DNA from: Octopus vulgaris
Taxonomy: Eukaryota
NCBI GenBank assembly: GCA_951406725.2
Contig: OX597816.1
Location: 143,716,001 to 143,780,000 of the forward strand
Reading direction: 5' to 3'
Length of the DNA stretch: 64,000 nt
The notes beneath the pieces were generated by a model. The model did not search any database. It was not told where the DNA came from and saw only the letters and a list, made by a program, of their open reading frames with translations. Position numbers and translations under genes: made by a program. Every line of letters starts with the position of its first letter. The stretch's first letter is position 1. Shown here one piece after another: positions 63,958 to 64,000 of the stretch.

Positions 63958-64000
63958 TGAAATATTTGCTAGAGCAATTGGGAATGTTAGTCGCAAAAGA

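Overview
AT-rich, extremely microsatellite-rich eukaryotic genomic DNA; the repeat landscape suggests an octopus/cephalopod genome (inference). One host gene is recognisable on the minus strand: a DUSP6/7/9 (MKP3-type) ERK phosphatase. Coding exon 1 (30072-29691) and exon 2 (16223-15837) are present with a candidate promoter near 31.0-31.1 kb; the catalytic-cysteine exon is not visible (outside the window or in the N gap at 13477-13576). Almost everything else is transposon-derived: three tRNA-derived SINE families, CR1-like, RTE and R4/Dong LINE relics, a Penelope RT relic, a mariner relic and MITEs. The main unexplained signal is a set of type I hammerhead ribozymes: 9 with an intact catalytic core, 1 with a single core change and several decayed, from several non-coding families. 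They have palindromic stem III, several occur as 1.2-1.8-mer tandem units of 399-563 bp, and most lie in or next to (TA)n tracts. One locus is a ~1.5 kb palindrome of two head-to-head tandem arrays, and another ends within 2 nt of its own predicted self-cleavage site. This looks like a retrozyme / Penelope-pLTR-type system of self-cleaving, possibly circular, RNAs. The class is known in animals; whether these families are described cannot be checked here. All alignments and folds were done by eye, so repeat boundaries are approximate.
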